Source: Myxococcota bacterium (GTDB lineage: Bacteria > Myxococcota_A > Polyangia > Polyangiales > Houyiibacteriaceae). Taken from it: a stretch of 64,000 bases of DNA. The stretch spans positions 7,633-71,632 of the forward strand of contig JBCCEK010000001.1 of assembly GCA_039030295.1 (NCBI GenBank), read 5' to 3'. Below, in pieces: positions 18,448 to 27,603 of the stretch. The notes under the pieces were generated by a model. It did not search any database, was not told the origin of the DNA, and worked only from the letters and a program-made list of their open reading frames with translations. The translations under genes and the position numbers were made by a program. Position 1 is the stretch's first letter, and the number at the start of each line of letters is the position of its first letter.

Positions 18448-18940
18448 CGAGCGTCCTTGGATCTCAGGCGACCTCGAGATCGACAAGGGCGTGTTGGACG
18501 AGATCGAAGCCCATGCGCTCGAGTGCTATCCGAGCGAGAGCTGCGGGTTCGTCTTTGGCCCTGCGGGCGACGCGCGGCACCTCGATGCGATGCAGCGTGA
18601 GGAGAACGAGGCGGACAAGTATCACAAGCTCGATCCTGAAACGTTCCCGCGTACTTCGAAGATGTACTTCAAGATCAACGAGCTCCGTGCCGCGCGGACG
18701 TTTGAAGAGGGTGCGGGTGCCGGGCGCCCGGTGAAAGTGATCTACCACTCGCACTGTGATGCTGCCGCGTACTTCTCCGAGGAAGACGCAGCGACCTTTG
18801 CACGGGACGGACAGCTGATGTGGCCGTGCGCCTACATCGTCGTCAGCGTCATGCACGGAGAGGTCGCCGAGCGGCGGCTCTGGGTCCACGTGCCCGGAAC
18901 CAACGAGTTCGAGGAATCGACGTTGACGATCCGCGACTGA
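18437..18940 (+). CDS. mec: JAMM/MPN+ metalloprotease (Mec-like, CysO-cysteine hydrolase)
   Basis: 167 aa. Exact JAMM motif HSHCDAAAYFSEED (HxHx7Sx2D) plus the upstream E (ECYPSESCGF). Overlaps cysM by 11 nt. Confidence 0.8.
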   Translation: MSGDERPWISGDLEIDKGVLDEIEAHALECYPSESCGFVFGPAGDARHLDAMQREENEADKYHKLDPETFPRTSKMYFKINELRAARTFEEGAGAGRPVKVIYHSHCDAAAYFSEEDAATFARDGQLMWPCAYIVVSVMHGEVAERRLWVHVPGTNEFEESTLTIRD

Positions 18941-18945
18941 GGCCT

Positions 18946-19311
18946 TCAGTCGTTCGTGGAGCGCTGCCGCTCGCGAAGGCGAGCCTTCTTGCCGCGCAGG
19001 CCGCGGAGGTAGTAGAGCCGGGACCGACGGACATGGCCACGTGCGGTCACTTCGATCTTCTCGATGCGAGGCGAGTGGAGCGGGAAGATTCGCTCGACGC
19101 CCACGCCCGACGACACCTTGCGGACCGTGAAGGTGGCGCCAGCCCCCCCGCCGGCCTTGCGGATCACCACGCCCTTGAAGACCTGGATACGCTCCTTCTC
19201 GCCCTCCCGGATTCGGAAGTGCACGTTGACCGTGTCACCGACCCGAAACGGGGTAAGTTTGCGCATCTGGGACCGCTCGATCGCGTCGATTTCTGGAACG
19301 CTGCCACTCAT
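18946..19311 (-). CDS. rplS: 50S ribosomal protein L19
   Basis: Internal ATG: [50 protein letters not shown]... Confidence 0.95.
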   Translation of the reverse strand: MSGSVPEIDAIERSQMRKLTPFRVGDTVNVHFRIREGEKERIQVFKGVVIRKAGGGAGATFTVRKVSSGVGVERIFPLHSPRIEKIEVTARGHVRRSRLYYLRGLRGKKARLRERQRSTND

Positions 19312-19389
19312 CGCTAAGCCTTCTACCAAAACGGAGCCGGGAGGTAGCACGGCCCCAAAAGGGGGTCAAATCACTTCCGCGCCTGGATT

Positions 19390-19947
19390 TCAGGTGCCAA
19401 GGAGCCGATCGAGCGTGATCGCCGCGGCCGCGCGCACCGAGAGGTGATTGTAGCCAGCGGGCCCCGTGATCGGCTCCAGAACGGTGTCCGCACGGCCCAT
19501 GAGCCCCTGGCTCAGGCCATGGCCGGTTCCGAAGAGGATTAACGTCGGTGGCCCTTCCCCGGCGAGCCGAGCCCCCTCGTCTGCGAAAGAGGTCCTCTCG
19601 GGGCCCGAACGCGCCGACGTGACGACGAGTCTCGGCGTCCGCCCCTCCCGTTGCTCGATCGTCGAGATCGCCGATTCCACAGAGTCGGCGATCTCGACGA
19701 TCGAGAGCGCCTCTGCGCGCTCGGGGAATCGGGCCTTGCCCTTGCCATCACACCAGTGGTCGAGGATGCGCTGGACCACGGGGTGCTGCGCGTCGATCGG
19801 GCTGACGACGAAGTAGCCTCGAAGTCCGTACGTGCGCGCGCTTCGAGCGATGTCGTGGACGTCGAGGTTCGTGACCGAGGTGGCGACCTCCGCTCCCGCT
19901 CGGTCGAGAACGGGATAGTGCACCAATGCGCAGTACACCGCACTCAT
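19390..19947 (-). CDS. SPOUT-like RNA methyltransferase (Methyltrn_RNA_4-like) inside the trmD operon
   Basis: 185 aa: ALVHYPVLDRAGAEVATSVTNLDVHDIARSARTYGL..YFVVSP. Family recalled from pattern, not searched. A 4-nt overlap with trmD. Confidence 0.55.
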   Translation of the reverse strand: MSAVYCALVHYPVLDRAGAEVATSVTNLDVHDIARSARTYGLRGYFVVSPIDAQHPVVQRILDHWCDGKGKARFPERAEALSIVEIADSVESAISTIEQREGRTPRLVVTSARSGPERTSFADEGARLAGEGPPTLILFGTGHGLSQGLMGRADTVLEPITGPAGYNHLSVRAAAAITLDRLLGT

Positions 19948-20675
19948 GGTTCGCTCTCGATGTCGCGGAGCAGCGCCTGGTCCTCGGCCGAGAGATCAGC
20001 CGAGTGCAGCAAGTCCGGACGCCGGTCGCGGGTGCGCCGCAGCGATTCTTTGCGACGCCAGCGCGCAATCGCGCCGTGGTTTCCGGAACGAAGCACCTCG
20101 GGGACCGAGACTTCCCGAAACACCTCCGGGCGCGTGTAGTGCGGGTACTCGAGCAGGCCTTCGCTATGTGACTCCTCGCGTGCGGAAACCTCGTTGCCGA
20201 GGACGCCTGGCAGGAGGCGGGCGGTTGCTTCGACGATGGCGACGGCGGCGGACTCGCCTCCAAGAAGCACGAAGTCCCCAAGCGAAACCTCTTCGTCAAC
20301 GAAACCTCGGATCCGTTCGTCGAACCCTTCATAGCGGCCGCAGACGAAGGTGATCGCCTCGAGTTTGGAAAACCGCTCGGCATGCCGCTGAGAGAAAGGC
20401 GCTCCCTGCGGGGTGAGCAGAACGCGGTGAGTCACCACCCCTTCGCGTCGCTCGTCAAGAGCTTCGAGCGCGTCGACGATCGGTCCAGGCATCAACACCA
20501 TGCCGCTCCCGCCGCCGTAGGGGGAGTCGTCGACTGTCCTGTGGTTGTCGTGTGTGAACTCGCGGGGACTCAGTGCGTCGATGTGGATGGCTCCGGACGC
20601 TCGTGCCTTCCCAACGAGGCCCAGGTTCAGGACGTCGAAATACTCGGGGAAGAGGGTGATGATCTCGAAACGCAT
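19944..20675 (-). CDS. trmD: tRNA (guanine37-N1)-methyltransferase
   Basis: Internal ATG at 20673-20675: MRFEIITLFPEYF...DDSPYGGGSGMVLMPGP...CGRYEGFDERI...; 243 aa. Confidence 0.95.
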   Translation of the reverse strand: MRFEIITLFPEYFDVLNLGLVGKARASGAIHIDALSPREFTHDNHRTVDDSPYGGGSGMVLMPGPIVDALEALDERREGVVTHRVLLTPQGAPFSQRHAERFSKLEAITFVCGRYEGFDERIRGFVDEEVSLGDFVLLGGESAAVAIVEATARLLPGVLGNEVSAREESHSEGLLEYPHYTRPEVFREVSVPEVLRSGNHGAIARWRRKESLRRTRDRRPDLLHSADLSAEDQALLRDIESEP

Positions 20676-20688
20676 CGCGGGTGGGTTC

Positions 20689-21228
20689 CTAGCGTCCCTT
20701 CTGCAACGGGACGTCCTCGAGTTCGTGAAGGTGCACGCGACCGCCTTCGACGTCGACACGATCGAGCCAACGAGGCAGCATGGGCACTTCGAAGAAGCCG
20801 CCTGCGGCTTGGATGCGAAGGCAATCGACGCTCGGGTAATCGAGCACCTCGACCACGGGCCCGATGGTCTGCGAGCCCACGACTGCCACCATCCCAACGA
20901 GATCGGCGTGGTAATACTGGCCTTCTTCGAGCTCCGGCAGGGCCTCGCGGGGGACTGCGAGGACCGCACCGCGAAGCGCGTCGGCGTCCTCACGAGACGC
21001 CACTCCCCGGAGGCGCATCAGCAAGGTCTTCGGCCCCCTCCGGGTCGACTCGACTTCAACGAGGGCGGGATCTTCGTCCGGCTCGCCAAGGACGAACACT
21101 TCGGCGAGCTCCTCCAAGAGGGTCGACTCTGGGTTGTAGACGTGGACGCGTAGCTCGCCCCCGACACCATGCGGCCGGGCGACGACGCCCAACTCGACCC
21201 ACGAGACTCCGATGTCGGCTTCACTCAC
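20689..21228 (-). CDS. rimM: 16S rRNA processing protein RimM
   Basis: VELGVVARPHGVGGELRVHVYNPES... plus a PRC-barrel C-terminus. The start is uncertain (GTG at 21226-21228 chosen; the ORF extends to 21276). Confidence 0.85.
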   Translation of the reverse strand: MSEADIGVSWVELGVVARPHGVGGELRVHVYNPESTLLEELAEVFVLGEPDEDPALVEVESTRRGPKTLLMRLRGVASREDADALRGAVLAVPREALPELEEGQYYHADLVGMVAVVGSQTIGPVVEVLDYPSVDCLRIQAAGGFFEVPMLPRWLDRVDVEGGRVHLHELEDVPLQKGR

Positions 21229-21330
21229 GACGGCCCTTCGTCCTGTTCGCGTACACCCGGAAGGTCCGGATAGCATACACCGGTACGACGTTGAACGCGG
21301 CCTGGCGCAGTGGATGTAAGCCTCGATGGA

Positions 21331-21576
21331 CTACTCGAGGATGTCGAGAATGGCGCGCTTCTCGAGGCGCGCGGACGTGGCCGCGAGCAGCGTGCGCATC
21401 GCTCGCGCCGTGCGGCCCTCTTTTCCGATCACCTTGCCGAGATCGTCAGGGGCGACCGTCAGCTCGAGCACCACTGCACGGTCTTCTTCGACCACGGCCA
21501 CTTCGACTGCGTCCGGGTCGTCGACGAGCGAGCTCGCGATGTAGGCGATCAGGTCCTGAAGTCTGTCTCCGGCCAT
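21331..21576 (-). CDS. KH-domain RNA-binding protein (YlqC/UPF0109-like)
   Basis: 81 aa with the motif GKVIGKEGRTARAMRTLL. Sits between rpsP and rimM, the conserved position. Confidence 0.85.
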   Translation of the reverse strand: MAGDRLQDLIAYIASSLVDDPDAVEVAVVEEDRAVVLELTVAPDDLGKVIGKEGRTARAMRTLLAATSARLEKRAILDILE

Positions 21577-21586
21577 GTCGGTTCGC

Positions 21587-21847
21587 TCAGGCTTCCGCGG
21601 CCGCGGCGGCCGCCTTCTTGTGTTCTTTCACCACGTCGCGCACACGGTCGCTGACCTGAGCGCCGACGCCGACCCAGTAGTCGAGCCGCGGAAAGTCGAC
21701 CCGAGCCTCGGTGATGGGGCGGCTCGGGTCGTAGGTGCCGATCTGCTCGATGAAGCGCCCGTCGCGGGGCTTCTCTTTGTCGGTCACAACGATGTGATAG
21801 TAGGGACGCTTCTTCGCGCCGGCGCGTGCCAGTCGAACCTTGACCAT
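21587..21847 (-). CDS. rpsP: 30S ribosomal protein S16
   Basis: [23 protein letters not shown]...IGTYDP. Confidence 0.95.
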   Translation of the reverse strand: MVKVRLARAGAKKRPYYHIVVTDKEKPRDGRFIEQIGTYDPSRPITEARVDFPRLDYWVGVGAQVSDRVRDVVKEHKKAAAAAAEA

Positions 21848-21892
21848 GGAATCCTCGTCAAAAGGGCGGAAGTACCCGCCAAAAGGGTCCGG

Positions 21893-21921
21893 AAGCTAGT
21901 CAGCCCGTGCCGGTCAGTCAA
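21893..21921 (-). promoter_or_regulatory. candidate sigma-70-type promoter of the rpsP operon
   Basis: The minus strand reads TTGACT (21921-21916), a 17-nt spacer, then TAGCTT (21898-21893), about 45 nt upstream of the rpsP ATG. Confidence 0.35.
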
Positions 21922-21979
21922 GCCGCCGCGGGAGGCCCCGTTTTGGCGACTCTCGCCAACCATTGCTAGAACCCCCTGG

Positions 21980-23488
21980 ATGCGGTTTTGGCTGTTCGCG
22001 ATGGCTTGTCTGCTGGTTTGTGCCTGTACCCCGCGCACGTCGTCGCCCGACCCCGACGGGGGGGCGAACCCAGCGCTTCGGATCGCTGTCATCACGGATC
22101 TGAAGGGCTACCTCGAGCCTTGCGGGTGCACGAGCCGTCCGCTCGGCGGCATCGACCGCATGGCAGCGGAGGTGCGCTCTTTGCGCGAGAGCCGCGCGCC
22201 GGTTCTTCTCGTGATGGGAGGCGACCTCTTTTTCGACGCCGCTCCCGTGGAGCCGGCGCGTCTCGACCAAGCGAACCGAAACGCCCAGACCCTGGTTCAG
22301 ATCCTCAATGGGCTGGAGGTGAGTGCCGCCCTCCCCGGCGCCCGCGATCGCGCGCAACGCGCGGAGACCCTCGCGACCCTGCAAGCTGAGGCGTCCTTTC
22401 CTTGGTTGGCCATGTCCGGTGACGCCGAAGTCGTGCGAGTCCAGGCCGGCGGCGTGCGGGTGGCGATCGTCGGGGTGCGGCCCGGCGCGGATCCAGACGC
22501 CGTCTTGGCGGCGGTGGGCACCGCTCAGGCCGAGACCGACCTCACGATCGCGGTGGTCAGCGGCTCGCGCCGGGACGCAAACCGGGTCGCAGCGGTGTCC
22601 GGCGTGGACTTCGTGATTCAGGGAGGCCTCGATGAGGATGAGCCCGTGCCACCCCACGGGTCAGGTCAAGGCTGGGTGCTGCACGCGGGACGTCAGGGCC
22701 AAGGGCTCACCGTGGTCGACGTCTACCGGAAAGGCACCGGACCTTTCGTGGACGCGAGCGCATGGTCTCGCGGCGTTCGGGAGAAGAGCCTGGATGCGCA
22801 GATCGCAGATCTCTCGGTGAAGATCGACGCTTGGAAGAAGGAGGGTGTCGACCCTTCGGACCTCCAGGTCCAAGCCGACAGGCTTGCAGGGTTCGAGCGC
22901 GAGCGCGAAGCGCTCCAAGGTCCTGCGCCTGCCATCGAGGGCAACGCGTTTTCGGCGGAGTGGGTGGAGCTCGATCCCGACAAGGCCTCGGACCCCAAGG
23001 TGTCCGGACTGATGAAGGCGCACGACAAGGTGGTGAACGATGCCAACCGGGTTGCGTTCGCCGACCTCAAGCCTCCGCCCCTTGGGCCGGGGGATATCCC
23101 CTACGTGGGGTCGAAGGCGTGCAGCACCTGCCATGTCTCGGCGTTCGCATGGTGGCAGACCCATCCTCACGGGCGCGCCTACGAAACCCTCGAAACCCGG
23201 AACAAAGAGTTCAACCTGGACTGCGTCGGCTGCCACGTCACTGGCTACAATGAGCCCGGCGGCTCAACCGTGACTTGGAACCTCGACGGCGCACTCGAGA
23301 ACGTGGGCTGCGAGAGCTGCCACGGGCCAGGAGGCGCGCATGTGAAGGATCCCTCGAAGCAGGTCGTACGGGATCCGCCGGAGCCAGCGTGTGTGGGTTG
23401 CCACAACGAAGAGCACAGCGACCAGTTCGACTACGAGAAGTACCGACAATCGGTCATCGTGCCGGGCCACGGCGCGCCTTTGCAGTAG
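21980..23488 (+). CDS. lipoprotein with a degenerate metallophosphoesterase/5'-nucleotidase-like N-domain and a C-terminal tetraheme (cytochrome c554-type) domain
   Basis: Start at the ATG at 21980 (MRFWLFAMACLLVCACTP lipobox). The N-domain has IAVITDLKGYLEPCGC and VMGGDLFF. The C-terminus has four CXXCH motifs: CSTCH, CVGCH, CESCH, CVGCH. Confidence 0.7.
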   Translation: MRFWLFAMACLLVCACTPRTSSPDPDGGANPALRIAVITDLKGYLEPCGCTSRPLGGIDRMAAEVRSLRESRAPVLLVMGGDLFFDAAPVEPARLDQANRNAQTLVQILNGLEVSAALPGARDRAQRAETLATLQAEASFPWLAMSGDAEVVRVQAGGVRVAIVGVRPGADPDAVLAAVGTAQAETDLTIAVVSGSRRDANRVAAVSGVDFVIQGGLDEDEPVPPHGSGQGWVLHAGRQGQGLTVVDVYRKGTGPFVDASAWSRGVREKSLDAQIADLSVKIDAWKKEGVDPSDLQVQADRLAGFEREREALQGPAPAIEGNAFSAEWVELDPDKASDPKVSGLMKAHDKVVNDANRVAFADLKPPPLGPGDIPYVGSKACSTCHVSAFAWWQTHPHGRAYETLETRNKEFNLDCVGCHVTGYNEPGGSTVTWNLDGALENVGCESCHGPGGAHVKDPSKQVVRDPPEPACVGCHNEEHSDQFDYEKYRQSVIVPGHGAPLQ

Positions 23489-24248
23489 CCCGGAACCGTT
23501 GCTCTGGGCCCGCCGGCGTGTAGGTCTGGTACGCCTCGAGGCGTCGCGACCCGTCGGGTCGAAAGCCGTGCCGTGTTCCTCTCGGGACGAACACGAACAC
23601 GCCCGGCTCGATCGCCACCGTGGTGTCGCCGAGAGTCATCGTTCCCGAGCCGTCGCGGAACCATAGAATTTCGTCCGACTCTGGGTGGACGTGTTCGGGA
23701 ACCGAGAGGGTCGGTGTTCCTGACAGGGTCCCGAGACTCGAAGCGGTCCCAGTCGTGCCCTGGCCGTCCAGGTATATCCGTACCCTGAGGTTGCCCTTGG
23801 CGTGGACGTACGGGCCGGTGTCGACCGCGTCAGAGGGAACCACCCCAGCCGGCATTGGACTACACGTCGGCGCATCCGGGGCCGCACGCCAGTCGGGCAC
23901 GAGTGGATCTCCGCTGCTGTGGGTGACGGTCACGGCAAACAGCTGCGCGCCGTCCTCCGACATCGCCTGAATCACCGCAGGCGCAAAGAACCGGACCGCT
24001 TGCCCAGCTTCGAACCAGTGCATGTCGGTTCTCACGCGCCCGCGCTCGACGAAGACGAGGACCTCTTGGCACGAGCCCGCAGCGAACCGAAACGTGTCGG
24101 ACGCTCGGAGCCGGACCGCGGCCATGCTGACGTTCTGTTCGGCGCCGACGACTTCCAGCGCCTCAGTCGCGTCGACGCTCGTCCACACGGGGGCACCTCG
24201 TGTGCATGCAACGCCCACGATCGCGAGCCACAGCGCCCACGACTTCAT
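23454..24248 (-). CDS. secreted cupin-domain protein
   Basis: Start at the internal ATG ([16 protein letters not shown] signal/lipobox). The C-terminal [15 protein letters not shown]......[12 protein letters not shown] is a cupin signature. Confidence 0.5.
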   Translation of the reverse strand: MKSWALWLAIVGVACTRGAPVWTSVDATEALEVVGAEQNVSMAAVRLRASDTFRFAAGSCQEVLVFVERGRVRTDMHWFEAGQAVRFFAPAVIQAMSEDGAQLFAVTVTHSSGDPLVPDWRAAPDAPTCSPMPAGVVPSDAVDTGPYVHAKGNLRVRIYLDGQGTTGTASSLGTLSGTPTLSVPEHVHPESDEILWFRDGSGTMTLGDTTVAIEPGVFVFVPRGTRHGFRPDGSRRLEAYQTYTPAGPEQRFRATAKARRGPAR

Positions 24249-24658
24249 GCGTCGAGCGAGCGAGGAGTCACGTTCGCGTGCACCCACGTGATGATCTCAT
24301 TGAGCGGCGCACCGGGCGTGAAGATCGCTCCGACACCGCGCTCCCGAAGCGCGATCGCGTCGGGCTCGGGCACGATGCCGCCGCCGAACACGACGATGTC
24401 TTTGCCTCCGTGGGCCTCAAGCGCGTCGAGGACCGCCGGAAAGAGGGTGTTGTGTGCCCCGGACATGATCGACAAGCCAACAGCGTCGACGTCCTCCTGG
24501 ACCGCGGCGACGGCGATCATGTCAGGCGTTTGGTGAAGCCCCGTGTAGACCACCTCGAACCCCGCGTCGCGAAGGGCTCGGGCGACGACCTTCGCTCCGC
24601 GGTCATGACCGTCGAGCCCGGGCTTGGCCACGAGTATTCGGATCTTGGGTGCGGGCAC
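24245..24658 (-). CDS. stand-alone cobalamin-binding domain protein (methylmalonyl-CoA mutase C-terminal domain-like)
   Basis: 137 aa: [34 protein letters not shown], the DxHxxG B12-binding motif and fold. Confidence 0.85.
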   Translation of the reverse strand: MPAPKIRILVAKPGLDGHDRGAKVVARALRDAGFEVVYTGLHQTPDMIAVAAVQEDVDAVGLSIMSGAHNTLFPAVLDALEAHGGKDIVVFGGGIVPEPDAIALRERGVGAIFTPGAPLNEIITWVHANVTPRSLDA

Positions 24659-24775
24659 GCGAATAGATGTACTGCAGCCTCGGCTTGGGTGCCACCCATG
24701 GATGCGTTACGGTCGAGCGCTCTCGTGCTCTGGCCCCGCTCTCCGATGCATCGTTCAAGGTCCGTACCTCCGGCC

Positions 24776-25645
24776 ATGCTCTCGGCTGTCGAGAGCTGGG
24801 CCGTCGAGTCTGGCTTCGAGCCCCCCGACGAACGCCTGGTCGCCGATTTCTACGGTCCGATGGCTGCATGGCTCGCCGACCATGTCGTCGACCGCACGGT
24901 GGTCGCGGGTCTCTGCGGTGCCCCCGGAACGGGCAAGTCTTCATTGGCGCGTCTGATGAAGCGCATCCTCGAGCAAGGGTTCGGCTTGCAGGTCGCCCTG
25001 CTTTCCCTCGACGACCTGTACCTCGACCAGGCAACACGGTTGGGTCGCGCGGAGAGCGCTCACCCTCTGCTGGTTTCGCGCGGCGTTCCCGGTACCCACG
25101 ACGTGGAACTCGGCATTCGCGTGATCGACAGCCTTCGGCGTGGCGAAACCGTCGCTCTCCCTCGGTTCGACAAGGGGGCGGACGAGCCCCTTCCCAAGTT
25201 TCAGTGGCCGATTTGGAACGGTCGGTGTGACGTCGTCCTATTCGAAGGCTGGTGCGTCGGCGCGCGACCGCAGCGGCCTCACGAGCTCGACGAGCCGATC
25301 AACGGTCTCGAGCGTCTCGAGGATTCGACGGGCGACTGGCGATGGTACGTCAACCGTCAGCTCGGGGGCGCCTATCAACGGCTGTTCTCGGAGCTTGATC
25401 TCTTGGTGCTGCTTCGCCCTCCAGACTTCGAGCACGTGATGACGTGGCGCGAGCAGCAAGAGGCGAGGCTTCGAGAGACCGTCTCGGGCGCCGGAGTCAT
25501 GCCGCCCACGGCGGTCCGGCGCTTCGTCAAACACTTTGAACGCTTGACCCGGTTCATCTGGGAGGAGATGCCGGACCGTGCGGACGCGGTGATCGACCTC
25601 GACGGCGAGCATCGACCAATCGACGTGCGCCTGGGGGACTCGTGA
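24776..25645 (+). CDS. P-loop kinase (COG4240 / glycerate-3-kinase-Tda10-like)
   Basis: Walker A GLCGAPGTGKSSLA, then SLDDLYL and SRGVPGTHD. The start is uncertain (24698 or 24776). The 5' part of the 481-aa ORF overlaps the divergent B12 gene and was discarded. Confidence 0.55.
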   Translation: MLSAVESWAVESGFEPPDERLVADFYGPMAAWLADHVVDRTVVAGLCGAPGTGKSSLARLMKRILEQGFGLQVALLSLDDLYLDQATRLGRAESAHPLLVSRGVPGTHDVELGIRVIDSLRRGETVALPRFDKGADEPLPKFQWPIWNGRCDVVLFEGWCVGARPQRPHELDEPINGLERLEDSTGDWRWYVNRQLGGAYQRLFSELDLLVLLRPPDFEHVMTWREQQEARLRETVSGAGVMPPTAVRRFVKHFERLTRFIWEEMPDRADAVIDLDGEHRPIDVRLGDS

Positions 25646-25656
25646 GCCGCGAGGCG

Positions 25657-26328
25657 TCAGGCCGCGCCCGTCTCTTTGCGAACGTCCGCGTCGAAATCGG
25701 CTCGATCGTCGTTGTCGAGGTAGGTGGCTGAGTTGTAGCTGGCCACGAACGTCTCGAGCATCGCCTCGAGCGGTACCTCGTCAAACTCTCCCCGGAACTT
25801 GAGATACTCCATGTGCTCGCGGCCATCGAGGTCGAACGGGTGGTAGATCGAGTCCTCGCGGCCATTGAATTCGAGCGGTCGAATCCGAAAGCGCTCACAG
25901 AGCTCCACGTTGAAGGCGGGCGTGGCTTTGACCCACTCGCCGCCCAGACGAATCGCGCTGTACCCGTGCCAGTGGAACACGTCGCTCCCCATCCGGTTGC
26001 GAAGCCGCTCGGTGGTGAGGTGGTTCTTCACGTCCGCAAAGCCCACTTTCGCGGGGATGCCCACGGCGCGGCAGCTCGCCGTGAGGAGGGTCGCCTTGGA
26101 TACGCACCAGCCATAGCCGAGTTCGAGTACGCGGCTCGCGCGCATGCCCGCAGGTGTCAGGTCGAGTCGGTAAGGGTCGTACCTGAAGGAGTCACGAACC
26201 GCATAGTAGAGTTGGACCGCACGCTCGCGGTCGTCGTTGGTCCCCGCTGCATGCTTCGATGCGAACGCCTGTACAGTTGAGTGGTCCGAATCGATCATCG
26301 GGGTGGCGTTTAGGGATGATTCAACCAT
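25657..26328 (-). CDS. transglutaminase-like cysteine protease-fold protein
   Basis: Internal ATG at 26326-26328. GYGWCVSKATLLTASCRAVGIPAKV...HWHGYSAI matches the transglutaminase core Cys-His pattern. Confidence 0.7.
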   Translation of the reverse strand: MVESSLNATPMIDSDHSTVQAFASKHAAGTNDDRERAVQLYYAVRDSFRYDPYRLDLTPAGMRASRVLELGYGWCVSKATLLTASCRAVGIPAKVGFADVKNHLTTERLRNRMGSDVFHWHGYSAIRLGGEWVKATPAFNVELCERFRIRPLEFNGREDSIYHPFDLDGREHMEYLKFRGEFDEVPLEAMLETFVASYNSATYLDNDDRADFDADVRKETGAA

Positions 26329-26382
26329 TTGCTGTTTCGGATTCTGAGCTATTCTCCGCCCGTGTTCACGCGCCGCCCGACG

Positions 26383-27603
26383 ATGCCGATGTGGATAGTT
26401 GCGTTTGCGGCCATCGGTGTCGCGTGCGGCGATGGCGGAAACTCGAATGGTTTCGGTGGCACACTGGGCCTCGGCGGCACCGGCGCATCCGGGGGCGGCC
26501 CCAATGCAGAGGTGAGCTGCACAGTTCGAGAAAACGGTTGCAACGATGGCAACGAATGTACGGTCGACGGTATGTGCGAGTCGATCACGGGTCAGTGCAT
26601 CGGCCGCATGCCGGAAGCGGAGGGCACCCAATGCGGAAGCGATGCGATCTTCGTCTGTGATGGCGAGGGCACGTGCGTCGGATGCAACGCCGACTCTCAG
26701 TGTGACGCGTTCTTTCCTGCCGACGAGTGCCGGCAGTCCGCACGCTGTGTCGCGCAGGCATGTCCCGCTCCTGATGCACGCCCCGATGGTACGACGTGCA
26801 GCACCGGCACGTGTCGGGATGGTGTGTGCACGAGTCCTTGGGCCCCGAAAGAAGCCTCCGTCCCGATGTTGTGCGGCGCCGATTTCAGCATCGATGGCTC
26901 ATTCGAATCTCCTGTCTTCGAATCGTCGATGGACCTCAGGGTCGATCCAACCGAGATCGCGCCCGGCGAGACGTTCAGCGCGGCCGTGTCCTCCGCGATT
27001 CGACTCCCACGGAGCTTCCTCCAAGAGCTCGTGACCGGTCTCTTCCCGACGCCCGTCCCGGAGCTCGAACTGACTGGCGCGCGCGCCGAGGTCGAGAGCA
27101 CCGGCGTGGTGTCGGGAGGTCCCGTGGGCACGACGGTCGCGCCCCTGCCGCTGACGATTCCGATCCTTCAACGGACGAACCCCGGCAACCCTGGGGGTCA
27201 AGCATGCGATGCGGCCGAGGACTGCCCCTTCGCCGCGTTCGGTCAGCGATGCGAGACCGACGGTGTGTGCGGTTGCGCGTGTCGCGCCGGCTGTGATCCC
27301 CCTGAGTGCGCGAACATCGTGGTCGGGGACCTCGTTCTCAACATGGAGACGATTCAGGGGGCGATCTACACCGCCGCGCAAGAAGGCGAGGTTTGTTTTG
27401 ATGCCGGAGGCCTGCTGGCGATCCCCAACTTCGATGCCCCTGCGCGTACCGGGATCCGGGTTTCGGCGTTTCCGGGGCCGCTGGCGGTGGACTGCGACGG
27501 TGGGTTCTTCGACGACAACGGCACGAACAACTGGACCCACGATGATTCGGTGTCCGACAACCCCGTCGAGGAACGGCTGTGCTTCCCCATTGGGGACCCC
27601 TAA
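26383..27603 (+). CDS. secreted Cys-rich lipoprotein (myxobacterial Cys-rich repeat-like N-region plus unknown C-domain)
   Basis: MPMWIVAFAAIGVACG lipobox. Repeated CxxGxC/CxDGxC modules (CNDGNECTVDGMC, CDGEGTCVGC, CSTGTCRDGVC). Confidence 0.55.
   Translation: MPMWIVAFAAIGVACGDGGNSNGFGGTLGLGGTGASGGGPNAEVSCTVRENGCNDGNECTVDGMCESITGQCIGRMPEAEGTQCGSDAIFVCDGEGTCVGCNADSQCDAFFPADECRQSARCVAQACPAPDARPDGTTCSTGTCRDGVCTSPWAPKEASVPMLCGADFSIDGSFESPVFESSMDLRVDPTEIAPGETFSAAVSSAIRLPRSFLQELVTGLFPTPVPELELTGARAEVESTGVVSGGPVGTTVAPLPLTIPILQRTNPGNPGGQACDAAEDCPFAAFGQRCETDGVCGCACRAGCDPPECANIVVGDLVLNMETIQGAIYTAAQEGEVCFDAGGLLAIPNFDAPARTGIRVSAFPGPLAVDCDGGFFDDNGTNNWTHDDSVSDNPVEERLCFPIGDP

Noticed and set aside
21848-21892. 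Short hairpin GGCGG-GTACTTC-CGCC followed by CTTTTG in the rpsP leader, considered as an attenuator
   Set aside because: The stem is only 5 bp with a weak T-tract, which is not enough to call a terminator or attenuator.
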